Source: Fimbriimonadales bacterium
GTDB lineage: Bacteria; Armatimonadota; Fimbriimonadia; Fimbriimonadales; JABRVX01
Length of the DNA: 64,000 nt
Direction: 5' to 3'
Assembly (NCBI GenBank): GCA_045862955.1
Contig: BTVI01000006.1
Span: forward strand, 1-64,000
The notes under the pieces are model-generated. The model did not search any database. It was not told where the DNA came from and saw only the letters and a list, made by a program, of their open reading frames with translations. The position numbers and the translations under genes are program-made. Shown here piece by piece: positions 18,475 to 29,113 of this stretch (positions within the stretch are counted from its first letter, which is position 1; every line of letters begins with the position of its first letter).

Positions 18475-19890
18475 TCAGAACTTGGAGCGGACGCGGTAGG
18501 AGACCTTCAGCTCTTGGCCTGCGGGGATTTCCACGACGAAGTGGATCGTGCGGGCGTCCACTTTGGTGTACTCGTGTGACTTCTCCAGCACCTCCCAATC
18601 GCCCCACGGATGCTCCGCGATGGTCAGTGTTACCGTTTCGTCCTTCTTCCGATTCCGCGCGTTGATCTCGAAGCTCTGCTCGATGACTTCGTTGGAGATG
18701 CGCCGGAAGTCCGTCCGAGTCCGGGTGCATACGACGTCGAAGGCATCGCCGATGTAGAGCTTGATCTTCTCATCGCGTGGTGTGTGATCAATCGTGTCTT
18801 CGCCGACGAACTGGAGCTGACCCTCCACGTCCTGCTTGTACACACGGACGCGGCCCTTCGGCAGTGGCATGCCTAGGCGGTTCTGCTCGCTGTTGACCAC
18901 CTCGACCACCACGTTTACCTTTTGGTTCGGATCGGTGTCCACGCCATCACCCGGCCTGTAGTTCTGGCCGTAGGATCGCCAGTAAAATCCCTGCCCCTCA
19001 TATATCAGCTTCTTGGTCGCGGGGACCCCGGTGGCACTGAGCAGAGACACCTGCTTGATCTCTTTGTTAGCGATGGTAGTGGGACGACCGAGAGTGTATA
19101 GGTGGTACTCGAAGAGCTGGCTCTCCGTGAAACCTCCAACGCCGGCTTCGGCCCCTGTGGGGGCACCACGCAGCATCATACGCTTGTCCATCTCCGGCTG
19201 GGCTCGGCGCACATCGCCCGCTACCAGCTTCAGTTTGGCATCCTTGTAGGTGACACCCGTGCGGTTGGTAAGGGTAACCCATCCACCTAGGTCGAGCCGC
19301 TCGTCCTTGGCGTCGAGGGTTGCCACGTAGTCGGCAATCCAGGAGATGTCGTTAGCCATGTAGCTCAGCTCGGCGCGCTGAGTGCCACTCTTGGCCGAGC
19401 GGACCTCCCAGAATAGAGTCGGCTTGGCGATCAGGCCCTCGGGAAGTTCCATCACCTCTACCTCTCCGGCGGGGCTGAGCACGAATCGCCCGTCGGTGGT
19501 GCGAATGACAGTGCCCTGCGAGGGAGGTGTCAGCAACGTGCCCTCGAGCACTTCCTTCTTGCCGTCGGGGAGGTTGCGATGGAGGCGCACTTTCTTGCCC
19601 ACCGATTTCTCTAGGATGCTGTTAGGACCCAGAAGGTCGAAGCGGAAGTTCTGCTCTAGCACTTCCACTCCTTGGGGATCGTCCAACGACTTGAAGTGCA
19701 CGGTAGAGGGGTCTATGGTAGCAGCGACGTCCTCAATGGCGAGCACGGCCACTCCCTGCTTGAGATCGACTCGCCGGATCTCTTTGACGAGTCCGAAGTT
19801 TTGGTTGTACACGGTGATCTCGACACTATCCACCGGGCCTGCACCGCCTTGCCCGGCAGCAGCTGCGAGCAATACGAACACGTTAGTCAT
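18475..19890 (-). CDS. DUF4139-family exported protein
   Basis: VEITVYNQNFGLVKE, EQNFRFDL, WIADY, LFEYHLYTL, LGMPLPKGRVRVY, FVGEDTIDHTP. Confidence 0.85.
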   Translation of the reverse strand: MTNVFVLLAAAAGQGGAGPVDSVEITVYNQNFGLVKEIRRVDLKQGVAVLAIEDVAATIDPSTVHFKSLDDPQGVEVLEQNFRFDLLGPNSILEKSVGKKVRLHRNLPDGKKEVLEGTLLTPPSQGTVIRTTDGRFVLSPAGEVEVMELPEGLIAKPTLFWEVRSAKSGTQRAELSYMANDISWIADYVATLDAKDERLDLGGWVTLTNRTGVTYKDAKLKLVAGDVRRAQPEMDKRMMLRGAPTGAEAGVGGFTESQLFEYHLYTLGRPTTIANKEIKQVSLLSATGVPATKKLIYEGQGFYWRSYGQNYRPGDGVDTDPNQKVNVVVEVVNSEQNRLGMPLPKGRVRVYKQDVEGQLQFVGEDTIDHTPRDEKIKLYIGDAFDVVCTRTRTDFRRISNEVIEQSFEINARNRKKDETVTLTIAEHPWGDWEVLEKSHEYTKVDARTIHFVVEIPAGQELKVSYRVRSKF

Positions 19891-20565
19891 GTGTTCCTCC
19901 CTTGGATGACTGCCTCTTGGACGCACGCGACCGCCGAGATGTTACACCATACGCGCGATTGGCTCTTCCGAAATCGCACATCGAGCGGACGGGACACGCG
20001 ACGCACTCCGGATCGCGAGCGCGACAGAGGTTGCGGCCGTGCTGGATGAGCGTGGTGTGGAAACGGTATGCGAGGTCCTCGGGCACTATGGCCTGCAGAA
20101 CGTCGTGCGCTTTCGCCTCGCCGACCTTCTTGTCGTAGAGCCCGATGCGCCAGCCGACGCGGAAGACGTGGGTATCCACCGGGATTACGGGCTGCCCCAT
20201 GGTGAAGCAGAGCACGATGGCAGCGGTCTTCGGGCCGACGCCCGGAAGGCTCATCAGCCACTTTCGCGCCTCGGGCCAGGGCATGGCGCGCAGGTGTTCG
20301 AGAGAGAAGCTGCCGGTCTCTTCGTAGATGCGCGCGAGTACCTGTCGGATGCGCTCACTCTTCTGGTTGTGCATTCCGGCTCTGCGAATAGTCTCTGCCA
20401 CTTCCTCGAGGGGCGCATCGAGCACCTGTGGCCATTCTGGGTAGCGGGCACGAAGGCGGGTGAAAGCGGGAAAAGAGTTGACGTCGGCCGAGTGCTGCGA
20501 CAGGATGCAGCAGACGAGCTCCTCGACCGGATCGAAACGGGGGCGGTGAGAGGCGCGGCCGTATC
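19883..20565 (-). pseudogene. nth: Endonuclease III (HhH-GPD) lacking its 5' end
   Basis: RYG..PRFDPVEELVCCILSQH, LPGVGPKTAAIV, PVDTHVFRV, 4Fe-4S motif C-X6-C-X2-C-X5-C. Upstream of RYG the frame hits TAG within TPR DNA, with no start codon. Confidence 0.8.
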
Positions 20566-21455
20566 TCCTTGTCGTAGTCCGCTATCGCACGGTCGTACTC
20601 TCCCTTCTCGCTGTTAGCGACTCCGCGGTTGTTGTACGCGACGGCTTAGTTCGGATCGAGGGAGATCGCCTTGTCGTAGTCCGCTATCGCTCGGTCGTTC
20701 TCGCCCTTCTCGCTGTAAGCGACACCGCGGTTGTTGTACGCCAACGCGTAGTTCGGATCGAGCGAGATCGCCTTGTCGTAGTCCTGTATCGCTCGGTCGT
20801 ACTCGCCCTTCTCGCTGTAAGCGTGTCCGCGGGCGACGTAAGGGAGGGCTTAGTTCGGACGGAGGGAGATCTCCTTGTCGTAGTCCGCTATCGCTCGGTC
20901 GTACTCGCCCTTCTCGCTGTAAGCGTGACCGCGGGCGACGTACGGGACGGCGTAGTTCGGACGGAGGGAGATCACCTTGTCGTAGTCCGCTATCGCTCGG
21001 TCGTACTCGCCCTTCTTGCTGTAAGCGTTACCGCGGTTGTAGTACGCCATGGCGCGGTTCGGACGGAGGGAGATCAGCTTGTCGTAGTCCGCTATCGCTC
21101 GGTCGTACTCGCCCTTCTCGCTGTAAGCGAGACCGCGGTTGTTGTACGCCAAGGCGGAGTTCGGATCGAGGGAGATCGCCTTGTCGTAGTCCGCTATCGC
21201 TCGGTCGTACTCGCCCTTGTCGCTGTAAGCGTTACCGCGGTTGTAGTACGCCATGGCGTCGTTCGGATCGAGGGAGATCGCCTTGTCGTAGTCCGCTATC
21301 GCTCGGTCGTACTCGCCCTTGCCGCTGTAAGCGAGACCGCGGGCGACGTACGCGTCGGCGTAGTTCGGATCGAGGGAGATCGCCTTGTCGTATTCCTGTA
21401 TCGCTCGGTCGTACTCGCCCCTCCAGTAGTAAGTGTTGCCATGGTCGATGTGGTC
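20563..21455 (-). repeat. Tandem 102-bp TPR-coding repeats (9 units; units 7-9 lie beyond the first stop)
   Basis: Near-identical GGCGAGTACGACCGAGCGATAGCGGACTACGACAAG cores every 102 bp; in-frame TAA at 20850-20852 and 20646-20648. Confidence 0.95.
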
Positions 21456-21818
21456 CTTTGGCAACCGCGGGGGCTCGGATGTTGCAGGTGGCCCGGTCAC
21501 GTGTTTGCTGAGCGCCGACGCCCAGCTTTCCACGCACCACTCGGCGTGCTCGCGCGCCATGCCGCTAAGGGCCATGAGGCGGCTGACGAGCCGCTCGACG
21601 GTGAGGCGGTCCAACTCGTCGCCAGAGCGGAACGCCAGCTCCTCGGCCACGCCGCATTCCACCGACTGCCTGAGCACGTTTGCTTCCAGCTTCGCCTTCG
21701 GGCACAGGTCGCTGAGCAGTGCCTTCACGCGGCGAGCGTCCCGGCACAACTCCGGGCCGTACCGAGCAACCAATGTCCGAAGCGCCTTCTGCACCGGCTC
21801 CCGCAAGGACCTATCCAT
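20850..21818 (-). CDS. TPR protein with helical N-terminal domain, 6 TPRs up to the first stop
   Basis: ATG 21818 overlaps the PP2C stop (ATGGATAG); repeats of A.AY..RG.AYS.KGEYDRAIADYDKAISLDPN. Confidence 0.85.
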   Translation of the reverse strand: MDRSLREPVQKALRTLVARYGPELCRDARRVKALLSDLCPKAKLEANVLRQSVECGVAEELAFRSGDELDRLTVERLVSRLMALSGMAREHAEWCVESWASALSKHVTGPPATSEPPRLPKDHIDHGNTYYWRGEYDRAIQEYDKAISLDPNYADAYVARGLAYSGKGEYDRAIADYDKAISLDPNDAMAYYNRGNAYSDKGEYDRAIADYDKAISLDPNSALAYNNRGLAYSEKGEYDRAIADYDKLISLRPNRAMAYYNRGNAYSKKGEYDRAIADYDKVISLRPNYAVPYVARGHAYSEKGEYDRAIADYDKEISLRPN

Positions 21819-22755
21819 CCTCCGATGGCCCTTGCGTGATGCGGTCGACCGCCGCCTCGGAGGCCACGGCCTCTGCGTTGACCGAGAGCTCTTCCTCGAG
21901 CGCAGCCGAGCGTACCAACAGAGCGACCGTGATATCGTCTCCACTCCCATGCTCCGATGCGGTCCTCGACCAGCCCGGCAGCCCACTCGCCACTCGGCCG
22001 AGTCCCGGGAACCGCTCCACCACGCGCCTTACCGGGGAGATAAGCTGTCCCCACAACGAGGCCCGAGGTGTATCGGTCCTTGCACGGACACGGTCCAGAT
22101 AGTCGGGCCCGGTTGCCAGGAAGTCCGCGTCTGACTGAAACGCGTTGGCGTAGCCGTCGGTGGCGGCTAGGATCAGCGCCGTGTCGCCGACGGGAATCAC
22201 TGCGGTTCGGACATCCTGCGCGGCGTTTTCTCCGCACAGTGACGTTGTTTCGTTCGCGATAAGAGCGGGATCCCGCTGGATTATTCGCTCAACCCCGCCA
22301 TCCGATCGCACCCGCAGGATGTCTCCATCGCCAAGCTGGAGCGCGAGCACATATTCGCTCGTGGCCAGGATGGCCAGAAGAGTGGTCCCGTACTGAATCG
22401 GTTCGCGGTCCTCGCTTGAACGGTCGGCATCCACTTTCTCGCGCCAGCCACCGACCAGTTGCCTCGGCAGGCGCTCCGAAGCCTCTTGCTCCGCCTGCTC
22501 CCGCGAGCACTGACGCAGATCGAACAGCCTCTCCGTCGCCACCTCGACTGCCATCTGGGCACCGACGTGGCTGAGCGGAGATCTCGCGCTGCCATGCCCA
22601 TCAGCGAGTGCTACGGCAACGGCTGTCGGGTCCGCCTTCCACATCACTCGGTCCTGGCACCGAGTGCCGGCCCGCTCGTGGGCCGAGCCGGTCACGGAGG
22701 CGGCGACCACCAGCCACTCCGTACCTCCGGTGGGGTCGCGCGGAAGTGCGTCCAT
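21811..22755 (-). CDS. PP2C-family protein phosphatase (TerY-associated type)
   Basis: ASVTGSAH..CQD, ALADGHGS, YGTTLL, QLGDGD, TTSLC, ATDG, GSGDDIT. Confidence 0.92.
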   Translation of the reverse strand: MDALPRDPTGGTEWLVVAASVTGSAHERAGTRCQDRVMWKADPTAVAVALADGHGSARSPLSHVGAQMAVEVATERLFDLRQCSREQAEQEASERLPRQLVGGWREKVDADRSSEDREPIQYGTTLLAILATSEYVLALQLGDGDILRVRSDGGVERIIQRDPALIANETTSLCGENAAQDVRTAVIPVGDTALILAATDGYANAFQSDADFLATGPDYLDRVRARTDTPRASLWGQLISPVRRVVERFPGLGRVASGLPGWSRTASEHGSGDDITVALLVRSAALEEELSVNAEAVASEAAVDRITQGPSEDG

Positions 22756-22758
22756 CGA

Positions 22759-23457
22759 CTACCAGACCTCCCCCGGGTCTTGTGGCGGGGGGTCGACCGG
22801 TGGAATCGGGACAGTCACGCCGGCCTGGTCCTTGGTCTGACTGGGCGGCGAGCTTGCGCTCTCGATCACGACTGTAGACGCCCACTTGATGTAGTGCGTC
22901 AGTTGCTCGGGGTTCCGCGCCTCCATTGGCTGAATCTCACTGTTCCCGATAAATGCTCGAAGCGTGTCTAGGTCGGTGTCGTGACCGACGCTGATCGCGA
23001 GCCGTACCGCCTTCTTACCCCACGGCTCGTCCATCAACTGCTTCAGTCCGGCACTGAAGTCGTCGGTGGGCTGGCCGTCGGAGATAAGCACGAGCACCGG
23101 GGGGAGAGCCCTCTCGGCCATGGGAGGCGTCCGCAACTGCTCCCCGAGGAGGCGCATGGCCTGCCCCATGTCGGTCACCCCTCCCGCAGTGAGATCAGCC
23201 CACTCGAACTGATCTACGGGTGTCGGATTAGCCACGTGCCAGAAGGCGCCGGTCGAAAACCGCACAGCCCGCACCAGGACCTGTGCGTGTGGGTTCTTCT
23301 CTGCTACCTCTCGCATGTGCTTGATGGATTCGCGGATCGCGTAATTCAGCGACTGGATCTTCTCGCCGTCCATGGAGCCAGAGCAGTCGGCGATCCAGAT
23401 GAAGTGGAGGGGACGTGCGGCGAGACGGCCGCCCGGCCCTTCATCGTGAACGCTCAT
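22759..23457 (-). CDS. TerY-like vWA domain protein
   Basis: RPLHFIWIADCSGSM (MIDAS DxSxS), GVTDMG, PPVLVLISDGQPTDD. Confidence 0.9.
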   Translation of the reverse strand: MSVHDEGPGGRLAARPLHFIWIADCSGSMDGEKIQSLNYAIRESIKHMREVAEKNPHAQVLVRAVRFSTGAFWHVANPTPVDQFEWADLTAGGVTDMGQAMRLLGEQLRTPPMAERALPPVLVLISDGQPTDDFSAGLKQLMDEPWGKKAVRLAISVGHDTDLDTLRAFIGNSEIQPMEARNPEQLTHYIKWASTVVIESASSPPSQTKDQAGVTVPIPPVDPPPQDPGEVW

Positions 23458-23697
23458 GATTCGAAGCCCTCCTCTGGTGACCCACAGTGGGGGCCATCTG
23501 CATCGAGAATGCCCGTCCCGATCGGATGGCCAACCTAGATGCGGGGCCACCTTTGGCATCTACATTTGCGATCCTGCGCTCGGATTCCTTCCGGCGGGGT
23601 CAAATCTGTAAATTCGACTAGATGGTCAGCCTTCTTCAAACGTCTACGCGTCCTTTCGCATGCCAGGCGCCGAGAGTGCCAGTAGGCCGGGTGGTAG

Positions 23698-24222
23698 TCA
23701 CGCCACACCAGATAGGTGGATCGCTAACTTCGGAGTGCAGGCTCTGGGCTCGCCTTCAGAGTGCCGCTGCCAGGTCTGGGACCCTGGGAAGGACAATCGA
23801 AATGACAGCGTCGGCGCTTCTGTCTCACTCGGCCAGCTGGCCTCGGAGCCAATCTCGCACCCGTGCGACCGTTCCTCGCGGTACCGCTCTCTCACCGCCA
23901 TGGCCTCGGGCGAGACCCTCTCCCAGCGGCGTAGGCCCCGTTGCCGCAGAAAGTCCTCGTCATCGCGCAGCAGTTCCTTCAGACCTGCCCGGGCAACAGC
24001 GGTGAGCTCGAGCTCGGTCTTCTTCGAGGTCGCCGAAGCCATGCTGCCTTCGACGATGTTCTGCACGCAACTCCGAGCCGCCTGCCCCGTCTGCTCCCGC
24101 GTTTGCAAGCGCTCCCCAACGGACCGTTCGCAGAAGACCCCCGTGGCCTCGTATGCCGCCACCGCTATCTGGAAGGTGCAGGGCTTGCGGTAGCCCCCGT
24201 GCGGAGGGATCGGGCTGCTAAC
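23698..24222 (-). pseudogene. Degenerate four-helix-bundle (23S rRNA IVP / Avd-like) protein
   Basis: IPPHGGYRK, QAARSCVQNIVEGSMASATSKKTELELTAVARAGLKELLRD.EDFLRQRGL. GTT instead of a start codon after GGAGG; C-terminus no longer resembles the family. Confidence 0.7.
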
Positions 24223-24642
24223 CGCGTCCTCCAGCTTTCTAGTCAGGTCTCTCGGACACGTCGGCCGCGTCCGACGGATCCGACCCAGCACCCAGCTTTC
24301 TCGCGCCTCGCGATCTTCCCACGAAAGGCTGCGGCCACCACGTACGCGGGAAGAACTGCCGGCCCGGCTCCCGACCCCGTCACTAGGCAATCGGAGGCCC
24401 GCGGCCGTGCACGGCCGCGGGCCCTGGGTTCTTCCCAAAGTAGGCTGTACAGCCCGCCTGTTACCTTGATTCTATCACACACGGAGCCGGCCGGTCGCTC
24501 TATGCAGGTGGCTGGACCCAACTGAAGTATGAAGCGCGGGAGGTGTGTAGTGTGGGAGTGCGCGAGCCTGCTCGCGCTTAGCCGGAATCGCGCACCCGCA
24601 ACACGGGGGCGAGCTCGCGTGCGCCTCAGGATACCTGCACTA

Positions 24643-24680
24643 TGGTATACTACTTGGCACTCGGGGAGACCGAGTGCCAA
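24643..24680 (+). promoter_or_regulatory. Extended -10 promoter and CIRCE (HrcA operator)
   Basis: TGgTATACT (24643-24651), then TTGGCACTC-N9-GAGTGCCAA (24654-24680) upstream of groES. Confidence 0.92.
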
Positions 24681-24713
24681 TCATCTCGAACGCATCGGAG
24701 GGTGACGGAAGCT

Positions 24714-24995
24714 ATGCTGAGACCTTTGCATGACCGGGTTATCGTGCTGCCCGACAAGGAGGAGCCGACGAAGGGCGGCATTCTGCTGCCGGAATCCGCT
24801 AGGGAGCGCCCGTTGCGCGGAAAGGTGATGGCCGTGGGACCCGGCAAGCGCCTGGACAACGGTTCGCTGGCGCCCATGGAAGTGAAACCGGACGATCGCG
24901 TGCTCTACGCCAAGTACAGCGGCACCGAGATCAAGCTGCGCGGCGAGGAGTACATGATCCTTCGGCAGGACGACATCCTGGGCATAGTGGACTGA
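24714..24995 (+). CDS. groES: Co-chaperonin GroES
   Basis: MLRPLHDRVIV, TKGGILLP, AVGPGK, KYSGTEIK, DILGIV. Confidence 0.97.
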   Translation: MLRPLHDRVIVLPDKEEPTKGGILLPESARERPLRGKVMAVGPGKRLDNGSLAPMEVKPDDRVLYAKYSGTEIKLRGEEYMILRQDDILGIVD

Positions 24996-25007
24996 CAGGC
25001 ACACCCT

Positions 25008-26030
25008 GTGGCAGATGTTAGCGTGGACGGTGGTGGGGTGACCACCGTCCTGTTCTTGTGGGTGGTACCACAGCACCTGCGCAACTACCTAGCGACAGGC
25101 CTGAGCGGGTACCCCGTTCGCTTGGTCTTTCCCGAGTCGGTGGAGGCCGAAGAACACTTGCGACTGGCCGAAGACGCCGAAGTCATGGTAGGATGGCGTC
25201 CCACTCCCGAGCTGTTACGTGCTGCAACGAGGCTGCGGCTTTTCATCAATCCCGGTGCGGGTGTGCAACACCTCATCGAGATGTTCCGAGCGCTCGAGCG
25301 AGCCGTGCCACTAGTGAACTGCCATGGGAACTCCTACTTCGCTGCGCAGCATGCGGTGGCGCTGTTACTAACACTGACGAACCGCGTGATCCCCCATCAC
25401 GAGTGGATGTCTCGGGGACGATGGCGCACCGGCGACGCCGAGGCGGCGAGCATTCCGTTGCGTGGCCGAACGATAGGGCTGTTAGGCTACGGGGCGATCA
25501 ACCGCAAGGTGCACGCGATGCTGTCGGGATTCGACGTGCGATTCGTGGTGATGCGCCGTAGCGGCGGGGATGCACCGGCTGGCGACCGCGTGTTCGGACC
25601 TTACGAGCTGCACGAGTTTCTGCGTGCCTGCGACGTGCTGATGATCGCTGTGCCCCTAACTAACGCGACGAGCGGGATGATAGGGGCCGAGGAGCTGGAT
25701 CTGCTCGGCCACACGGGACTGTTAGTGAACGTAGGACGAGGTGAGGTGGTACAAGAAGAACCGCTGTACATTGCCCTGCGCGACGGGGTGATAGCTGGCG
25801 CGGCAATCGATGTGTGGTATGAGTACCAGCCAGCAGAGGCAGCCGATGGCCGGCGCCATCCCTACCACTTCCCTTTTCACGAACTGTCCAACGTAGTACT
25901 TTCCCCCCACCGCGCAGCCTCGCCGCTGGACGATCTCGCCCGCTGGGACGAGGTGATCGAGAACCTCCGCCTAGCATCCGGCGGCCGCACCGACTTCATC
26001 AACCTCGTAGACCTGGAGGCCGGGTACTAG
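25008..26030 (+). CDS. D-2-hydroxyacid dehydrogenase family protein
   Basis: IGLLGYGAI, VPLTNATSGMIG, VNVGRG, AAIDVW, NVVLSPH. Start may be GTG 25038. Confidence 0.9.
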   Translation: MADVSVDGGGVTTVLFLWVVPQHLRNYLATGLSGYPVRLVFPESVEAEEHLRLAEDAEVMVGWRPTPELLRAATRLRLFINPGAGVQHLIEMFRALERAVPLVNCHGNSYFAAQHAVALLLTLTNRVIPHHEWMSRGRWRTGDAEAASIPLRGRTIGLLGYGAINRKVHAMLSGFDVRFVVMRRSGGDAPAGDRVFGPYELHEFLRACDVLMIAVPLTNATSGMIGAEELDLLGHTGLLVNVGRGEVVQEEPLYIALRDGVIAGAAIDVWYEYQPAEAADGRRHPYHFPFHELSNVVLSPHRAASPLDDLARWDEVIENLRLASGGRTDFINLVDLEAGY

Positions 26031-26959
26031 GGCTCCAGCTTCAGGGCGTCGATGTGCGGTCTCAGCGCCCTCTCGAAGCGCATCATGGTATCTACCATCT
26101 CCGTCTGCAACGCGGGCCAGGAGTTCGGATCCGCCCACCCGCCTTTTCCGAAGCGGTACCTAATCCTGCAGGCTCGCTTGCCTGGAAGTTCCTGCCACTC
26201 AATGGGGTTGCCAAACTCCTCCTCGATCCGGGCTCTGTTCTGCTGGAGCTTTCTGAAGATGGCGATGTTTTCGTCCGACCTTCCGCGGTCAAGGTACATC
26301 TCCACCCGGGCACCCTGGTTCCGATAGGCGACGTATGCAAATGTCACACCGGAGACTCCTGCACCTGTTTTAACCCAGCCAGCGGTACTAGGGCGCACTC
26401 TGGAGAATAGCTCGGTTCGCTTGCTCGATAGCTCGAGTAGTTGCTCCCAGAACCTGCGCCGCAGTACCTCTCCTTCGGACAACTCCCTCTTCGCTCGTCC
26501 GATCTCTCGGCCCTCTTTGCTCGGCCCCACTACCACAGTGAACAGCGGCGCAGCGTGGGAGTCACCTATTCGAACCGCCTCGATCTTGATCAGGTAGAAA
26601 TCTGCCAGGCTAGTCTGGTTGAGCCACGAGATAGCGCTTGCATGCTCCGGCCTCGCGTCGGACACGAGCCAGATGGCAGGGCGCGCCCCGAACGACGCTA
26701 GGTAGGTGATAACCTTCCCGAGGTGGTCGTGGTCGCTTTTCTCCAGCTGGTTCTCCACAATAACCGTGTTCCCACTACAGTCCCGACACACCAGATCGGC
26801 CGCGAAGCTCCCTGCCGCTTGCTCCCGCTCGGCACTTGTCAGGGTGAATGGTAGCACTTCATTGAGCGCGTCGAAATTGTCTTGCAGTCAAGTGGTGAAA
26901 TCCGATGCCTCCCTGCTCCACACCTCGCGCAGCGGGACCCGTTTCAGCTTGCTGATCAT
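26027..26959 (-). pseudogene. DUF4268-type nuclease-like gene with in-frame TGA at codon 24
   Basis: MISKLKRVPLREVWSREASDFTT*LQDN, then VIVENQLEKSDHDHLGKVITY and FWEQLL..IEEEFGNPIEWQELPGKRACRI. TGA at 26888-26890. Confidence 0.8.
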
Positions 26960-27269
26960 GCGGCGAGGATTCGGCGTAGCGCCGTTGACTCCTCATTAAC
27001 CGCAGACGGCCCCTTGCTTGGCTCCCCACGCGGATGGCGCAGGCCGTGCCGATGCAACGACCGATGCACGTGCTCGTGCATCAGCGTGTGACCAACCGCA
27101 TCCCCTGCGCCGCCGTCCGTGCGGGGCGCGGAACGCTACTCCGCCGAAGGCAGGACACGTTTCCTGCCCGAGCAGATGATGCGCGTATGCCGCTAGCCAG
27201 CCCGGCGACCCGTAGCAGCAAGATGCTCGCCACGCCGGCAACAACATGATCGCCCGGTGGCAACCGGCA

Positions 27270-27386
27270 GTACAGGCCCGGAGCTCGCGTTCAAGGTCAG
27301 CGAGCAACCCGTAGCCCATATTGGTCACGGAGTGCTTCCGCAGCCGGCCGTACAGGCCCGGAGTGCGCGTTCGAGGTCAGCGAGCA
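27270..27386. repeat. 37-bp direct repeat pair
   Basis: GTACAGGCCCGGAGNNCGCGTTCRAGGTCAGCGAGCA at 27270-27306 and 27350-27386 (3 mismatches). Confidence 0.85.
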
Positions 27387-27462
27387 GGGGGCGACCTTGA
27401 CGCGGGCCGGCCGCAGGGGGCACAATGTGGCCTCCCCAGGGCTCCGGCCTTGGGCCTCCGGT

Positions 27463-28473
<1,011 letters not shown>

Positions 28474-28477
<4 letters not shown>

Positions 28478-28659
28478 TTGCTCTTCTGCTCGGTCGGGCG
28501 CGGCAGGAGGACGGAGTCGAGGTCCTTCTGGCGAAAGCGCACTACGCGAGGGCCGAGCCTGCAGGGCACGAGCAGCCCCTCGCGCATGAACCGATACACG
28601 CTCGCCCGGCTGATCTTCGGGTATCTCGCTACTTCCTTCACCGTCATGAACTCAGTCAT
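28474..28659 (-). CDS. Excisionase-like helix-turn-helix protein
   Basis: FMTVKEVARYPKISRASVYRFMREGLL..RLGPRVVRFRQKDLD; overlaps the recombinase start. Confidence 0.85.
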
Positions 28660-28964
28660 TACCTCACACGTAGACGCACCCTGCCATACTCTCCAGAGAT
28701 CTTGACAAGCGTGGAGTACTTCAGAGTGTCTCTCAGCATCGTTCGGCAGTTGCGCCGAACACCCCGTCTCACCGCTTAGCTACGCTGAACGCGTTTTTCC
28801 TTGCGGTTTGGAGCAACCGGTGATATACCCAGTGGTAACAGTACCGGGGACCGAGGTCTTGCTCGCATTTTAGGCAGCCGGATCGCATCCTGCGGGCCTG
28901 CAGTGCGAGGCAAAGTACGGTGAGCCACTTGGAAGTAAGGGCTGCACCCACGGAGTCGAAGATC

Positions 28965-29048
28965 GTCATGCTGAGCCTGTCGAAGCATGCCAGCTACGAA
29001 CCCCTGCATGCGGTCGCGGATCTCATGCTTCGACAGGCTCAGCTTGAC
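28965..29048. repeat. Long inverted repeat of a second REP/REPIN-like family
   Basis: GTCATGCTGAGCCTGTCGAAGCATG ... CATGCTTCGACAGGCTCAGCTTGAC; 25-bp arms, 1 mismatch. Confidence 0.85.
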
Positions 29049-29113
29049 AGTCCCCATGACCCAGCCTAGCAAACAAAAGGAGGCACATTGATGAAGCATC
29101 CGGTTCCTGCGGG

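Noticed and set aside
20823..21839. 338-aa Val-rich repetitive ORF on +
   Set aside because: Antisense shadow of the TPR repeats.
20563..24222. Complete diversity-generating retroelement
   Set aside because: No reverse transcriptase and no clean template/variable pair in the window; the Avd-like gene is degenerate. Kept only as a hypothesis.
24554..24578. Short palindrome GCGCGAGCCTGCTCGCGC upstream of the groES promoter
   Set aside because: Single degenerate copy; no function can be supported.
26888..26890. Selenocysteine or genetic-code reassignment
   Set aside because: TGA terminates many genes here, and the position appears to correspond to Trp, not Cys.
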